Source: a virus
Taxonomy: Duplodnaviria; Caudoviricetes
Strand: one strand, 5' to 3'
Virus record (IMG/VR): IMGVR_UViG_3300029305_005484
Length of the DNA stretch: 64,000 nt
The position numbers were made by a program, and so were the translations under genes. This document shows, piece by piece, positions 28,432-39,525 of the stretch (the stretch's first letter is position 1; the number at the start of each line of letters is the position of its first letter). Below the pieces are notes generated by a model that did no database searches, was not told the DNA's origin, and saw only the letters and a program-made list of their open reading frames with translations.

Positions 28432-29448
28432 ATGATTAGTAGATCATATATCCACGAATATGCTGCACATGACCAAGTTATGTGTGAATCCTATTGTCTT
28501 TTACTTGAATCTAAGGATGTAGTTGATAGTCTCATCAGATTAGAGCAGAAAATTTCTGAAAAGGAATATTTCGGTGAAAGCGTAGAAAATGAGATTTTTG
28601 TCTTAGAATCAGAAAAGAAAAATATTTTTACTAGAATTGGGGAACTCGTAATAGAAATCTTCAATTCAATGGTTGATTTTCTTAAAGATACTGGTAAAGC
28701 AATTACAGATGTTATTACTGGTGCAAGAAAGAAATCAAATTCAGAAAAATTCAAACAAGCAATGAGGGATGACCCACAATTAGCACAGGATTTCTTAAAG
28801 GGTGTTATGAGTGGTAATATCAAAGCTCATGATGTTAAAAACCTTAATGAATTATTAGATGAGGCAACAACTATCACTAATGATTTAATGAAAGGTAAAA
28901 TAGATAAGAAAACTTTTGGTGAAAAAATAGATGGTGCTTTAGATAAGTTTGCAAATACAGCTAAAAATATTGCTACTGTTATTGGTCTTGGAACTGCAGT
29001 TGTCACAGCAGTTAAAAGTTACGATTATATCAAACATGAAAGACATGAAAATCGTAAAAAAGCCGAATATGCAGAAAACAATAAAGTTAGAGCAAAGGCT
29101 AGAGAAGAAAGAGAACGAGAATCTCATAGATGGAATCGAGACAGACAAAATTCAGTTAATGAATCTGTACAAGATACCTTGTTCACTGAATCTGTTTTAG
29201 AAGGTGCTTTCCAGAAAGTTATGTCTTTCTTCACATCAACAGTCAGTTTCTGTAAAGATGCTATTGGTAAACTTAATGACCTTAAAGATTCTTTACTTGA
29301 CAAAGTAAAAAATGGAAATAAAGATTCTGAAGAAGGTGAAAAAGTTAACGTAGCTTTAGCAGGAATTAGAAAAGTTATTTCAGCAATTACTAAAGAAATG
29401 ACAACTATTAGAAATTCAGCATCAAAAGTTGAATCGTCTATGGCTTAA
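28432..29448 (+). CDS. Probable head-internal protein
   Basis: Late motif at 28374; LLES, FGES, VLES followed by IFTRIGELVIEIF helix. Confidence 0.6.
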   Translation: MISRSYIHEYAAHDQVMCESYCLLLESKDVVDSLIRLEQKISEKEYFGESVENEIFVLESEKKNIFTRIGELVIEIFNSMVDFLKDTGKAITDVITGARKKSNSEKFKQAMRDDPQLAQDFLKGVMSGNIKAHDVKNLNELLDEATTITNDLMKGKIDKKTFGEKIDGALDKFANTAKNIATVIGLGTAVVTAVKSYDYIKHERHENRKKAEYAENNKVRAKAREERERESHRWNRDRQNSVNESVQDTLFTESVLEGAFQKVMSFFTSTVSFCKDAIGKLNDLKDSLLDKVKNGNKDSEEGEKVNVALAGIRKVISAITKEMTTIRNSASKVESSMA

Positions 29449-29488
29449 TAACCATAACCAAATCTAAAAAGAATGGAGAATATTAATT

Positions 29489-32200
29489 ATGTACAATGCA
29501 ATTCGTTCTACACAACATGGTTTGATTATGGAGTCACAAAGAAACGTAACAGACTATGATGTAAAATGTGCTAGACTTATGACTGAGAACTCTATTGATG
29601 ATGCAACAAACATCATTCCAGTTCTAAGTAATACTAGTGAAAAATATATCAAGAAAATTGACGATGCTTTTTCAGTATTAGCAGATTTAGCTGTAGATAC
29701 TGATAAGATTACTGAATTCTTTACTAAAACTCAATTTACTTCAGAATTTGAAGAAATGCCACTATCAACACCTCTTAAAAATGTGAATGAAATTGGAAGA
29801 ATCAAACCTGAATATTTAGTTCAGTTAGTAAAAGATACAGCAACAACTATTAATGACATCGTTAATAATAAAATCGATATGAAGTATTTGATGAATCATT
29901 TCAATTCAGATATTTCATTAAGAGTTAAAAAACAATTGGTTATTTCAACAAAACCAATTACTGACATTAAGAATTATGTCAAACTTCAAGAAAAGCCAAT
30001 TATTGTCGAAATGGATTCTCAATCTATTATGACTGTATGTATTCCATTCTTACGTACATTCGCTGTTAAAAAACGTGAATTACAAGAAGAAATTGCTGGT
30101 GTTAAAACTGCAATTAATACAGCATCTACTATGATGAGAAACTATACAGACACAGCAAATGCTCTTAAAACTAAAGGGCAAATAAGTGGTAATACACTTA
30201 ATACATTAAATTACTATCTGTTTAATCAAAACAGATTGATTGAAGAAGTTATTACGTATATGGTATTTTGTTTAATTACAAAAATTGATGCATATACATT
30301 CAATATCAATTCTTATACTGAACTTTATAAGAAAACTCTCAAATATAATCCAGAAGGAAGTAATGTATATCATGAATCAGTTTATGAATATTCAATGGCT
30401 ACAGCAGACATTGATACTACTGTAAACATGGCTATTTTTGGTAATGTATCTTCTATCATAGATTATTGTGAAAGAACTTATGAATCAGCAAAGAGTTTTT
30501 ATGAAAATCATAACTCATTCAATAAAGAGCAAGAAATTGGATTCATTCTTGACCAATTTGATAAAACAAATTATCCATATGAAGATTTACTTCATGCATT
30601 TGATGTTATGGAATCAGGTCTTGAAAGTATCCGTTCTAAAATAAAAGATCAATTTGCTTCACCAGAAGATATTATTTCTTCTGCTGGATTTGGAGAATCA
30701 TTATTATCTCGTTATGGAATGATGATTGGATCCTTGACCAATATCGACAGATATATGAATGCTCTTAATTCAGGAAAAGCAAAATCAGCAGTATTATTCG
30801 AAATTCTGTCAGAAATGAGAGAATCAAAAAATAACGTTAATACTATTGGTGAATGGATTAAGAAGGTTTACGACAAAATTAATGAAATTATTAAATTCAT
30901 TGATCTTAATGAAGGAAATGAAATTTCAAATGAATTAGTTCGTAAAGAAACTTTAGAGTTAGTTAAATCTATCGAAAAAGATTTCAGAAACTTCTTAGGT
31001 GTTGTTATTCAGAATATTATTCAAAGAGCAAAAGTTCTTGAAGAAGAAGTATTTGCATTAGTTAATGCATTAGATGAACAAGTTGATGCTACTGATGTAC
31101 CAGATGAAGATATGGACTATGATGAAGTTGCATTGGAATATGCAATGGATGTTCATGATTCTCTTGCAAGATTGTATATGGAAGCTGAAATGCTTAAGTT
31201 CAGAGATGCAAAGATTTATAAGGAATATGGTTTCATTTTTGAAGCTGAACAACCGGCTAATGCACAGGTTAAACCTGCTCAAACAGAAATCAGTACAGAT
31301 CCTAAAAAAGAAACTTCTTCACCTGAATTAAAAGTTGACCCTTCTAAACAAACAGAAGAAGATGTTGAAAAAAATAATCAGGCTGCTGATAAAGCAAAAG
31401 AAGAACAAAATCCTGAAAAGAAGAAAAAACTTTCAGAAAGATTTAAAGAGTTACTCAATAAAGTTCAATCATTCTTTACTAAAGTAGTAGATAATTTTGT
31501 TGCTGGATTTAATAAAATAGTTAAATCCGACAAAGAATTCCTTGCTGAAAATAAAGATGCTATTCTTAATCGTAGCTTTAATGGATTAACCCTTAAAATC
31601 TATAACTATTTCAATATTAATAGTTCACAGATTCTCAAAGATATAACTACAGTTTCAAATACTTTGGGACAAATTAGTGAATCTGATTTATCTGAATATA
31701 CAGACATGAAAACTGCTCAATCAAAATTACTCGGATTTGTTAAAATAACACAAGGTCTTGAGTTTGATGATGGTATTAGAATCTACTACAAAGTAGGGGC
31801 TAATCAAAAAGAAGTTAAAAAGATTGACATTTCAAATACTCAACTTAAAACTAGAACTACAGAAATGATTGAATTCTGTGAAGATTATTATAATGGTGGA
31901 AATGATGAGGTAGTTAAATCTATTAATTCATTGAAAACTGCTTGTGAAAATAAAGTTAAATCACTTGAAGCAAAGAGTACTTCAGGGGAAACTACACCAG
32001 AAGATGTTCAAGCATTATCTAATATTTCTAGAATTGTTATGGTATTTACAAGTGCAGTCTTAACAGGTTATAGAAATAGAGCACATCACTATATGTTTGC
32101 TCTTCGTAAACTTGTACCTAGAACTAAACAAGTTAAAGAAACTACACCTGAAGAACCAACTACACCAGTAGAGGGTGAGGGTGAAGTTAAAGGTCAATAA
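29489..32200 (+). CDS. Large probable head-internal protein (903 aa)
   Basis: IMES, YHES, YMEA, IFEA sites dividing helical modules. Confidence 0.6.
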   Translation: MYNAIRSTQHGLIMESQRNVTDYDVKCARLMTENSIDDATNIIPVLSNTSEKYIKKIDDAFSVLADLAVDTDKITEFFTKTQFTSEFEEMPLSTPLKNVNEIGRIKPEYLVQLVKDTATTINDIVNNKIDMKYLMNHFNSDISLRVKKQLVISTKPITDIKNYVKLQEKPIIVEMDSQSIMTVCIPFLRTFAVKKRELQEEIAGVKTAINTASTMMRNYTDTANALKTKGQISGNTLNTLNYYLFNQNRLIEEVITYMVFCLITKIDAYTFNINSYTELYKKTLKYNPEGSNVYHESVYEYSMATADIDTTVNMAIFGNVSSIIDYCERTYESAKSFYENHNSFNKEQEIGFILDQFDKTNYPYEDLLHAFDVMESGLESIRSKIKDQFASPEDIISSAGFGESLLSRYGMMIGSLTNIDRYMNALNSGKAKSAVLFEILSEMRESKNNVNTIGEWIKKVYDKINEIIKFIDLNEGNEISNELVRKETLELVKSIEKDFRNFLGVVIQNIIQRAKVLEEEVFALVNALDEQVDATDVPDEDMDYDEVALEYAMDVHDSLARLYMEAEMLKFRDAKIYKEYGFIFEAEQPANAQVKPAQTEISTDPKKETSSPELKVDPSKQTEEDVEKNNQAADKAKEEQNPEKKKKLSERFKELLNKVQSFFTKVVDNFVAGFNKIVKSDKEFLAENKDAILNRSFNGLTLKIYNYFNINSSQILKDITTVSNTLGQISESDLSEYTDMKTAQSKLLGFVKITQGLEFDDGIRIYYKVGANQKEVKKIDISNTQLKTRTTEMIEFCEDYYNGGNDEVVKSINSLKTACENKVKSLEAKSTSGETTPEDVQALSNISRIVMVFTSAVLTGYRNRAHHYMFALRKLVPRTKQVKETTPEEPTTPVEGEGEVKGQ

Positions 32201-32260
32201 TACCTATAATAACGTAAAAATAAAATATCCATAGTATCAAAATGATACTATGGATATTTA

Positions 32261-32932
32261 TTATTCTGCTTTATCTTCTTGAATAAGATTAACAGTTTTT
32301 GAGTCGTCAAGTTCAAATCTCTGTTCAAAATATTCTTCCATAATTCTGATAATAATATCGGAATCTAATCCGAGTTTTTCACATAACTCATTAAAGAGTT
32401 TTGTTAAGTTATCAGAAAGAGCTTTTTGTCCACGTCTGATAGTACTTACTGATACTCCGAATTTCTCAGCAATTTCAGAAATGGAAATATTGCACAATAA
32501 TGTGCAAGCTTCGATATCGAGTTTAATTGTTAATGCACGTTTAGAACGAGCTTCAATTTCATCGATAATCTTTTTGATAGATGCTGTCAAAACATGCTCA
32601 ACAACTTCTTCAATAACGGATGGTTCTTCTTCCTCTACAGCATCAGTCTGATCTTCTTCAGATTCTTCTTCTGTAGCGTCAGTTTTATCTTCTTCAGGAA
32701 GTGTTTCAATTTCACTAATTGATTCTTCATTTTCATTATTATCGTTTTCTTCTGTTCCCTCACATGGTTCAGATTCTTCAACGACATTATCTTTTTCATC
32801 AGCCACTTCTTCCTCTGTAGCTGGAGTTTCAACAGTTTCTGGTTCTTTTACAACAGGTTCTTCTTTGACTTCTGTTGCACCAATACCAAAAATTGCTTTA
32901 AAAAAATTGATAATCGCTTGTAAAATTTTCAT
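32261..32932 (-). CDS. Amphipathic N-terminus + acidic linker + HTH protein
   Basis: SISEIAEKFGVSVSTIRR helix-turn-helix. Confidence 0.65.
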   Translation of the reverse strand: MKILQAIINFFKAIFGIGATEVKEEPVVKEPETVETPATEEEVADEKDNVVEESEPCEGTEENDNNENEESISEIETLPEEDKTDATEEESEEDQTDAVEEEEPSVIEEVVEHVLTASIKKIIDEIEARSKRALTIKLDIEACTLLCNISISEIAEKFGVSVSTIRRGQKALSDNLTKLFNELCEKLGLDSDIIIRIMEEYFEQRFELDDSKTVNLIQEDKAE

Positions 32933-33008
32933 GTGTGTTATTTCCTTTCTCTAATACAAAACACCATGATTTAAACTTGACTTATCATGGTGTTCTGTAT
33001 TAAATAAA

Positions 33009-33740
33009 TTATTGTTCGAAATCGATAATATCTATTATGTGAGAAAGTAATCTGTAACAAGTGTGTGTTGGTACATGTGCAATTGAAGAGAATAATGAAT
33101 TTAGTGTATGCTTAAATGTAATTTGTCCATTTTGATTATCTCTTGCATCTTTTTCGGAAGTTCTTGTCCATGAAGGAGCAATTGTAGATATATCTGAAGT
33201 TATAGTATCTTTATAAAACTCATAAAGATCTTTAGAAATATCTAATAATCTTTTTACCGCTAAATCATACTCTTCAATTTCATTTTCAGTTCTTGGTATT
33301 AAATCTGCAAGTAATTCATGAGAAACTGCAAATTTAACATCCTTTTTAATGATATCAATTTTATCAGACCCTAAATATTTTGTATATTTTGAATACCAAA
33401 ATAGATATGGTGCTGAAGGAACCATTGTTTCAAATTCTTTCTGTAAATGATAATCTCTAATCATGCCAATAGATATTTTATCTTTTCTTAATTTCCTTTC
33501 TGATATCATTGTATGGATGATTATTTCTATAAATTCTTGAAAACCATGTATATCAACAATTAGTACTTCCATAATCTTATCAAAGACTTCTTCACCAAAA
33601 GCCTCTATAAGTTTATCAGTATTATCAAGAATCCAATTATTGAAAGACACTTGTTGATAAGTTCTCGTACTTGTACTAATATGTGGTACACGTATCGAAA
33701 GTTTAATCTCATCTAATTTTTGCTTAGTGACTTCATTCAT
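33009..33740 (-). CDS. Hypothetical protein
   Basis: ORF with RBS GAGG. Confidence 0.7.
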   Translation of the reverse strand: MNEVTKQKLDEIKLSIRVPHISTSTRTYQQVSFNNWILDNTDKLIEAFGEEVFDKIMEVLIVDIHGFQEFIEIIIHTMISERKLRKDKISIGMIRDYHLQKEFETMVPSAPYLFWYSKYTKYLGSDKIDIIKKDVKFAVSHELLADLIPRTENEIEEYDLAVKRLLDISKDLYEFYKDTITSDISTIAPSWTRTSEKDARDNQNGQITFKHTLNSLFSSIAHVPTHTCYRLLSHIIDIIDFEQ

Positions 33741-33752
33741 TATACCACCTCA

Positions 33753-34985
33753 TTATTTACGTTTATCTTTAATAACACCACTATTTTTAATAGCAGCTAC
33801 TATTGTAGATAAATCTTTTAGAATGGTATCTTTTCCATCATCGGATATCATACAACGGTGCTTTATATACCAAAGAAGTGTAACAGTGAGTGATTTTGTT
33901 TGTGTTTCTACGTTTACAGAATCTAATGACAATGCAGTTTCAATTACTTTAGCAGATGTAATTAATGCAAATAAATACCTGTTAATATATGGACATCCAG
34001 GTTCATTTGATATTTTTCCATCAATAATATCAGCTGGTGTTATTTTACCATCTTCGAGTTCACTAGCCAATAACATTATCAACTCACGTTCGCGATCGAT
34101 AAAACTCTTTTCAACTTGTTCTTCTTCATTCATAGATTTGAAAATAGGTTCAACAAGATTCATCAAAGATATATTTGTTTCACCAGTTGAAATTGTTTCT
34201 TTGATTACTTTGATTTCATAGTCAATTATAAGTCCATAAAAATTAGTATTACCATATAATTGATCAGACATAAAATCATCAAGTTTATAACAAGATAAAA
34301 CTTTAATTGCAGCCCGCATAAAAGTATTTTCTGCAAAGGTTTTTGAAAGTGTTTCATGTTCATAGTATTTCTTTTTAAGAAGTGCTAAGAACTCAATCAA
34401 TTTACTTTGGCGTTTTGTATAGATGTTTGATGTCATCGTTGTGAGTTCTTTTGTGAGGTTGTAATTATTAACAATTAAGTCATATGCAATACATAAATCA
34501 TCTTTTATTGTATATGATGAAGATGTTTCTTTGAAATGATTTATATATGTTGATAAAATAATATCCCTAAGCAATACAGAATTGAAGTTGCAATCAGATT
34601 CAAACCTTGCTTTTCCAAGAGATTCTTTAAGTTCACTTATTTGTTTATCCCTTTCTTCTAATACCTTCTCTAATGGCATAATTTCTTCAGATATTTCTTT
34701 ATCAGAAATATCTTTTGTTTCGTCTTTAACTTCCTGAGTTTGTAATTGTAATTGAGATGCCTTATAGAGATCCCTATATTCATCTCTGCTTTTTGAAATC
34801 TTTTTTGCTTCAGCATTTAGTTGTTTGATTTTCTTAGTGAGTTTTTCAACTCTCTCATCAACAGTTTCAAGAAATGAATCACACTTTTTAAGGTGTTTTA
34901 TCTCTTTTGAACTTTTTGTACTTGACCAATAGTCAATACTTCTTTTATCTCCTAAAATGCTATTAATTTTCTTTGTAATATTCAT
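33753..34985 (-). CDS. Coiled-coil hypothetical protein
   Basis: Start at MNITKK after GAAAGG; heptad-rich N-half. Confidence 0.7.
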   Translation of the reverse strand: MNITKKINSILGDKRSIDYWSSTKSSKEIKHLKKCDSFLETVDERVEKLTKKIKQLNAEAKKISKSRDEYRDLYKASQLQLQTQEVKDETKDISDKEISEEIMPLEKVLEERDKQISELKESLGKARFESDCNFNSVLLRDIILSTYINHFKETSSSYTIKDDLCIAYDLIVNNYNLTKELTTMTSNIYTKRQSKLIEFLALLKKKYYEHETLSKTFAENTFMRAAIKVLSCYKLDDFMSDQLYGNTNFYGLIIDYEIKVIKETISTGETNISLMNLVEPIFKSMNEEEQVEKSFIDRERELIMLLASELEDGKITPADIIDGKISNEPGCPYINRYLFALITSAKVIETALSLDSVNVETQTKSLTVTLLWYIKHRCMISDDGKDTILKDLSTIVAAIKNSGVIKDKRK

Positions 34986-35052
34986 GGTATTTTTCCTTTC
35001 ATATAGAAAATTCATAAAGGGTTGAGTTATCAACCCTTTATGTATGTTTTGA

Positions 35053-36444
35053 TTATTCATCATCTGGATCATCTACTTGCATACCTAAACTTGATGCACC
35101 ATTATTACCTTCTTCAGGCGTTTCAAGTTTAAGTTCTTCTTCATTTAATCCTAATGACTCATATGAAGCAACTTCTTTACCAATCATATCATTGGTTTCA
35201 AGGATATTCTTGATAATCATCTGTTCAAGTCTAGCTGGATTAATAGGGAATGATTCATCTTTAAGAATAACATTTGGATCACATCCACGATTCTTAATCA
35301 TTTCGATTGCATCACTTTCTGACAAATCACTCATGTTAACAACGATATCAAAACGACCTGAACGAAGCAATGCTGGATCTAATTTTTCTGGATAGTTTGT
35401 TGTTGCAATAACGATTGAACCACCATCCATTGAATCCATTGCCTTAAGAAGTTGAAGTAATCTTCTTGATGTTTTGAGAGATTTTTCAACTTCACCAGCT
35501 TCCATTTCAGCTCTGTTTACAAGTTGTGAATCGATTTCATCGATAACATATACTGTATTTGGCATATTGAATTTGTTGTCACCATCAACCTTGTCAAATA
35601 CATCAAGGTTCACAGAAACGCAATCCATTTCAAAATGTTGTGGTAATGAGAATGCGAATGCAGTTTTTCCTGTACCAGGAACACCTGCAAGTAGCATACC
35701 TTTTCTGTATGGTACTGCATATTCTGCATAGAGTTTTTCTTTGTTCTTAAACTCACCGATTTCGTTAAGCAAAGATTCTTTTGCTGGGAATGTAAGAAGT
35801 TTCATAGGTCTTACTTTCAAATCTTTCTGTTCATCGCCATTTGATGACATAGCTGTATAACGAATCTTGTTGTTTTCTTGATTTGTTTTAGAAATAGAAG
35901 ATACAAGATCATCAATTTCTTTTCTTACTTTCTTGAACCATTTCGTTTTATTCTTTCCGATAAAGAATAAACTTGTTGAGAAGTGAGAGGTATTTGATAA
36001 AATACCATTAGCACTTCTGTCATCTTTTTGAAGAATAGGTTCTTTAATTACAATCATTCTTGTTCCGTCTTCATCCATTACTAATGAATAAACACCAGGA
36101 GCAATTGTTTTGTTAACAAGTTCTGGGAAACAAGATACTTTCTTTTTAACTCTCTCCACGGATGCTGTACAAAGAGCAAATGATGGATCAACATCCATAA
36201 GAGTACAACCGTATTTCTTTGAAAGGTATTTTGTTTCCAAAACTGAAACACATGATTTTGAAATATATGAATCATAGTGACCTGAGATTGCAAAATGATG
36301 ACAAATATTCTTATCAACATAATCTAACAATGTTGATTTGATAGGTGCAATCACACGAGCCAATGAATCTGATGCTGTGTTGAAAACTTTGTTTGTAATG
36401 TTGTTTGTTACAGAGAATTGTAACATGTCAGTAAAATTTCTCAT
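35053..36444 (-). CDS. AAA+ ATPase, BCS1-like
   Basis: YRKGMLLAGVPGTGKT, VIDEID, TTNYPEKLDPALLRSGRFD. Confidence 0.9.
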   Translation of the reverse strand: MRNFTDMLQFSVTNNITNKVFNTASDSLARVIAPIKSTLLDYVDKNICHHFAISGHYDSYISKSCVSVLETKYLSKKYGCTLMDVDPSFALCTASVERVKKKVSCFPELVNKTIAPGVYSLVMDEDGTRMIVIKEPILQKDDRSANGILSNTSHFSTSLFFIGKNKTKWFKKVRKEIDDLVSSISKTNQENNKIRYTAMSSNGDEQKDLKVRPMKLLTFPAKESLLNEIGEFKNKEKLYAEYAVPYRKGMLLAGVPGTGKTAFAFSLPQHFEMDCVSVNLDVFDKVDGDNKFNMPNTVYVIDEIDSQLVNRAEMEAGEVEKSLKTSRRLLQLLKAMDSMDGGSIVIATTNYPEKLDPALLRSGRFDIVVNMSDLSESDAIEMIKNRGCDPNVILKDESFPINPARLEQMIIKNILETNDMIGKEVASYESLGLNEEELKLETPEEGNNGASSLGMQVDDPDDE

Positions 36445-36460
36445 TTAAGTTATCTCCCTT

Positions 36461-36970
36461 TTACATAATTTGATTTTTCTTAATGCGTTTTTGCATTCTT
36501 TTTAATTTCTTTTTCTCCCATTCATCGCAATCTTTAGGTTTAATAAAACCTTGCTTTGCTAAATAATTTATGGAAAGTTCCACATTTGCTATAGCCATAG
36601 CAATGTCTTTTTTATTGTGTCTTCCTCTAACCTTTTTACAAATAACCTTTTGAAAATCTGTTAGTGACACTATACAAGACTTAATATTTTCTTTTGTAGT
36701 ATGTGTCTTGTAATTCTTTTTAAAATCTGGTTTCAAATCCTTTTGATATTTACTAATCATTTCATCTGATATATCAAAAGTCTTCTTAATCAGATTTGTC
36801 ATTATTCTTACATCAGCAACCTCCTCACATAAATCATCATAATCATAATTTGATGAAATAATTAAAGAGATTTCAGAAATTAATTCTGAAATCTCCTCTA
36901 CTACTAATAAAACTGCTTGGGATTTGTTTAATTGCTTGGTAACATCTTTGTATATCTTTTTAGTGTTCAT
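36461..36970 (-). CDS. MazG-like NTP pyrophosphohydrolase
   Basis: EEISEL...EEVADV acidic helices; degenerate second half. Confidence 0.65.
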   Translation of the reverse strand: MNTKKIYKDVTKQLNKSQAVLLVVEEISELISEISLIISSNYDYDDLCEEVADVRIMTNLIKKTFDISDEMISKYQKDLKPDFKKNYKTHTTKENIKSCIVSLTDFQKVICKKVRGRHNKKDIAMAIANVELSINYLAKQGFIKPKDCDEWEKKKLKRMQKRIKKNQIM

Positions 36971-36978
36971 AAAACCTC

Positions 36979-37917
36979 CTACACTGCTAACACAGCATCA
37001 CTAGAAATTGGTGATGATTCTATTAAATCATCATCAGAATTAATTATACTATTGAGATGGTTATTCATTTCAAGAATTTCAAACCAACCATCCTCTGTTA
37101 TCCAAATAGTGTTACTATCTATATCAGCAACCCATGGAATATTAATATTTCCATCTTTGTCTTTAGAGTATATGTCTTCATTCTTGAATATGTATTTAGA
37201 CACCATGTCTATAAATTTATTTGTTATAGGTTTTACAGCCACTAATACATCACCAAGTTGTTCGAGATATTTATCTCTATCTTTTTTACTCATTTGCATA
37301 ATACTATCATTATATTCTTGAATAATCTTTTTTGTACGATATGATCCAATACCTTTAGGTATAATAGCAGTCATTTCTTCAAATTCATCAATAAATTCAA
37401 ATTTGAATTTTAATTCTTCAAGATCAATATTCGTAATATGAATACTATGCGAATGAGCTTTCAGTGTCTCAGGATCTATACTATCAGGTTCTTTATAAGC
37501 ATATCTATATGGAGAACATGGTAAATCATCATAATCACTACCATTATTATCTTTAATCGTAAGTGAGAATGCTGGACCTGAATCACTAATAGTTGTTGTC
37601 CATGAATCATTATCAATACTATTATAATGATGTCTAACAGACATGTAGGTATTGCTACTAGTAGAAAATGTGATTCTATCTCTACTTCCAGATATTGTAG
37701 GTTGAGCTACTTCTACATTTGATATTAATGTATTTAAAGTATCAAATGAAATATTTATTTCATCACTTCCATACCATGAAACTTGTGTTATAACGTTATC
37801 TTCCCATGGTAATACATCTTTATTAAATTTAGTATGTCTACGTCTACTCGACCCTTCTCTAAAATCCCTATCTTCAGTTAAGTCAATATCATCAGGTAGT
37901 TCTATTTTTGAAATCAT
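36979..37917 (-). CDS. Hypothetical protein
   Basis: 312-aa ORF in operon. Confidence 0.7.
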   Translation of the reverse strand: MISKIELPDDIDLTEDRDFREGSSRRRHTKFNKDVLPWEDNVITQVSWYGSDEINISFDTLNTLISNVEVAQPTISGSRDRITFSTSSNTYMSVRHHYNSIDNDSWTTTISDSGPAFSLTIKDNNGSDYDDLPCSPYRYAYKEPDSIDPETLKAHSHSIHITNIDLEELKFKFEFIDEFEEMTAIIPKGIGSYRTKKIIQEYNDSIMQMSKKDRDKYLEQLGDVLVAVKPITNKFIDMVSKYIFKNEDIYSKDKDGNINIPWVADIDSNTIWITEDGWFEILEMNNHLNSIINSDDDLIESSPISSDAVLAV

Positions 37918-37919
37918 AA

Positions 37920-38765
37920 TTAGATACCTGCGTATGCTTTAAACTCTTCTTTTGTAACTCCATCCTCATCAAACTTAAGTTCTGTAGGTTTGATATTGAG
38001 TTCTGTCATAGTTTTTAACATCTTATCAAATGTTAAATCACAATAATCATCAACCCAATCACCAATATAGAAGAGTCTTTCGTAACAATTTCCCCTCATT
38101 GAACTTTGGTCTTTATCTGCTTTCACAGCACCAAATAAAATAGGGTCTTTTTCTTTCCGTCTCTTTTCAATGTCTTTAGAGACATTTGTTTTTCCTGTTG
38201 CTGCAGCCACTGTCTTTTCAGCTGAATCATCTTCATCTGTATAGTCAGTGAATACAACATAACCCTTATCGAAAAGATCTCTAACGTTAACCCATTTATC
38301 GATAATTTCATCTGGAATTTCTCGTGGGAAGTTTTCAATTTCTGTAAGTTTTACATTGTGATTTGATACATGCTTGATGTATTTTGTAACATCATCAAGT
38401 AACACATATGTTGTAAGACCTTTCTCTGCAAAAAGAAGATCTTTCTTTAACAACTCTGCAGCAATAGTTGCTTTCTTTGCAGCTGCTTTTTGATTTGTAA
38501 TTTCAAATTTCTTGATAAGTGAAAGACACGTATCAAGCATTTGTTGTGTATATGCTGTATCAGTTTCTTTCTTTAAAGATTTAACATAATCAAAATATTG
38601 ACTTACGGTAAAATCTTTAAACTTATCCTCTTCTACAACTTCTTCTGTTGTAGCAACTTCTTTAGTTTCAGGTGTAACTTGTTTTTCTTTTGATGTACTA
38701 CTCTTTTTATTACTTGAACTTTTTCTAGTAGATGATGTAGTACTATCACTTTTTCTTGGTGCCAT
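37920..38765 (-). CDS. Hypothetical phage protein
   Basis: RBS AGGAGG; early motif 38839; KDPILFG and YIGDWVDDYCDLT segments. Confidence 0.75.
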   Translation of the reverse strand: MAPRKSDSTTSSTRKSSSNKKSSTSKEKQVTPETKEVATTEEVVEEDKFKDFTVSQYFDYVKSLKKETDTAYTQQMLDTCLSLIKKFEITNQKAAAKKATIAAELLKKDLLFAEKGLTTYVLLDDVTKYIKHVSNHNVKLTEIENFPREIPDEIIDKWVNVRDLFDKGYVVFTDYTDEDDSAEKTVAAATGKTNVSKDIEKRRKEKDPILFGAVKADKDQSSMRGNCYERLFYIGDWVDDYCDLTFDKMLKTMTELNIKPTELKFDEDGVTKEEFKAYAGI

Positions 38766-38857
38766 TTAATATAAACCTCCTTATAATTTATAAATGTGAA
38801 AGAACCTAAATTATATTAATATAAGTTCTTTCACATAAATAATATATTTTTGAAATA

Positions 38858-39166
38858 CTATTCAATTTCATCAATGATTTCTTCAATCCATGTTTGAAGT
38901 TCATCTTTGAAATTATCAAGGTCCCCTTCGATTTGAGGGAATGCATCTACCCCATCTTCATCAGTAAGACTAATAATAGATATTTCACCATTATCATCAA
39001 ACTGCATAACTTTGAGATTGAAAACCTCATTGTTTTCTGAAGTGATATCGATGTCATATAAAGTACCTGCTCTTCCAGTACTTTCTGGTTTTGCTGCATA
39101 TGGAGTATAATCAATTGATTTTATCAAAGTTCTATTCTCCAGTACAATTTCTTCAATATCTAGCAT
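38858..39166 (-). CDS. Acidic hypothetical protein
   Basis: ORF with RBS GGAGG. Confidence 0.7.
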   Translation of the reverse strand: MLDIEEIVLENRTLIKSIDYTPYAAKPESTGRAGTLYDIDITSENNEVFNLKVMQFDDNGEISIISLTDEDGVDAFPQIEGDLDNFKDELQTWIEEIIDEIE

Positions 39167-39181
39167 TTCTGTTATCCTCCT

Positions 39182-39514
39182 TTACATACTAGCAACCAAA
39201 TCATTTAGTTGTTGAATAAGTGTATTAATACTCTTTTTTAATTCAGCTTGTTTAGATGTGTCTGGTTTTGAATATTGAATTTCGAGAAGCTCAACTCCAA
39301 ACTTCTCAAATTCTTCTTTCACATAACTATGTGAAATCATCTGAATTAAAAATGCATTAGCATTAATACCCATATCTTCTTTAGTTCTAAAGTGCATCCA
39401 AAAATCTGTTTTGTTATCAAGTGGTATCAATAATGGAACATCAATACCATTATTTAAATCAGATTTAACTTTTTCAGCATATTTTTTATCTTTTTCGTCA
39501 AATACTAATTTCAT
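39182..39514 (-). CDS. Hypothetical protein
   Basis: ORF with RBS AGGAG. Confidence 0.7.
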   Translation of the reverse strand: MKLVFDEKDKKYAEKVKSDLNNGIDVPLLIPLDNKTDFWMHFRTKEDMGINANAFLIQMISHSYVKEEFEKFGVELLEIQYSKPDTSKQAELKKSINTLIQQLNDLVASM

Positions 39515-39525
39515 ATTATCTCCTT

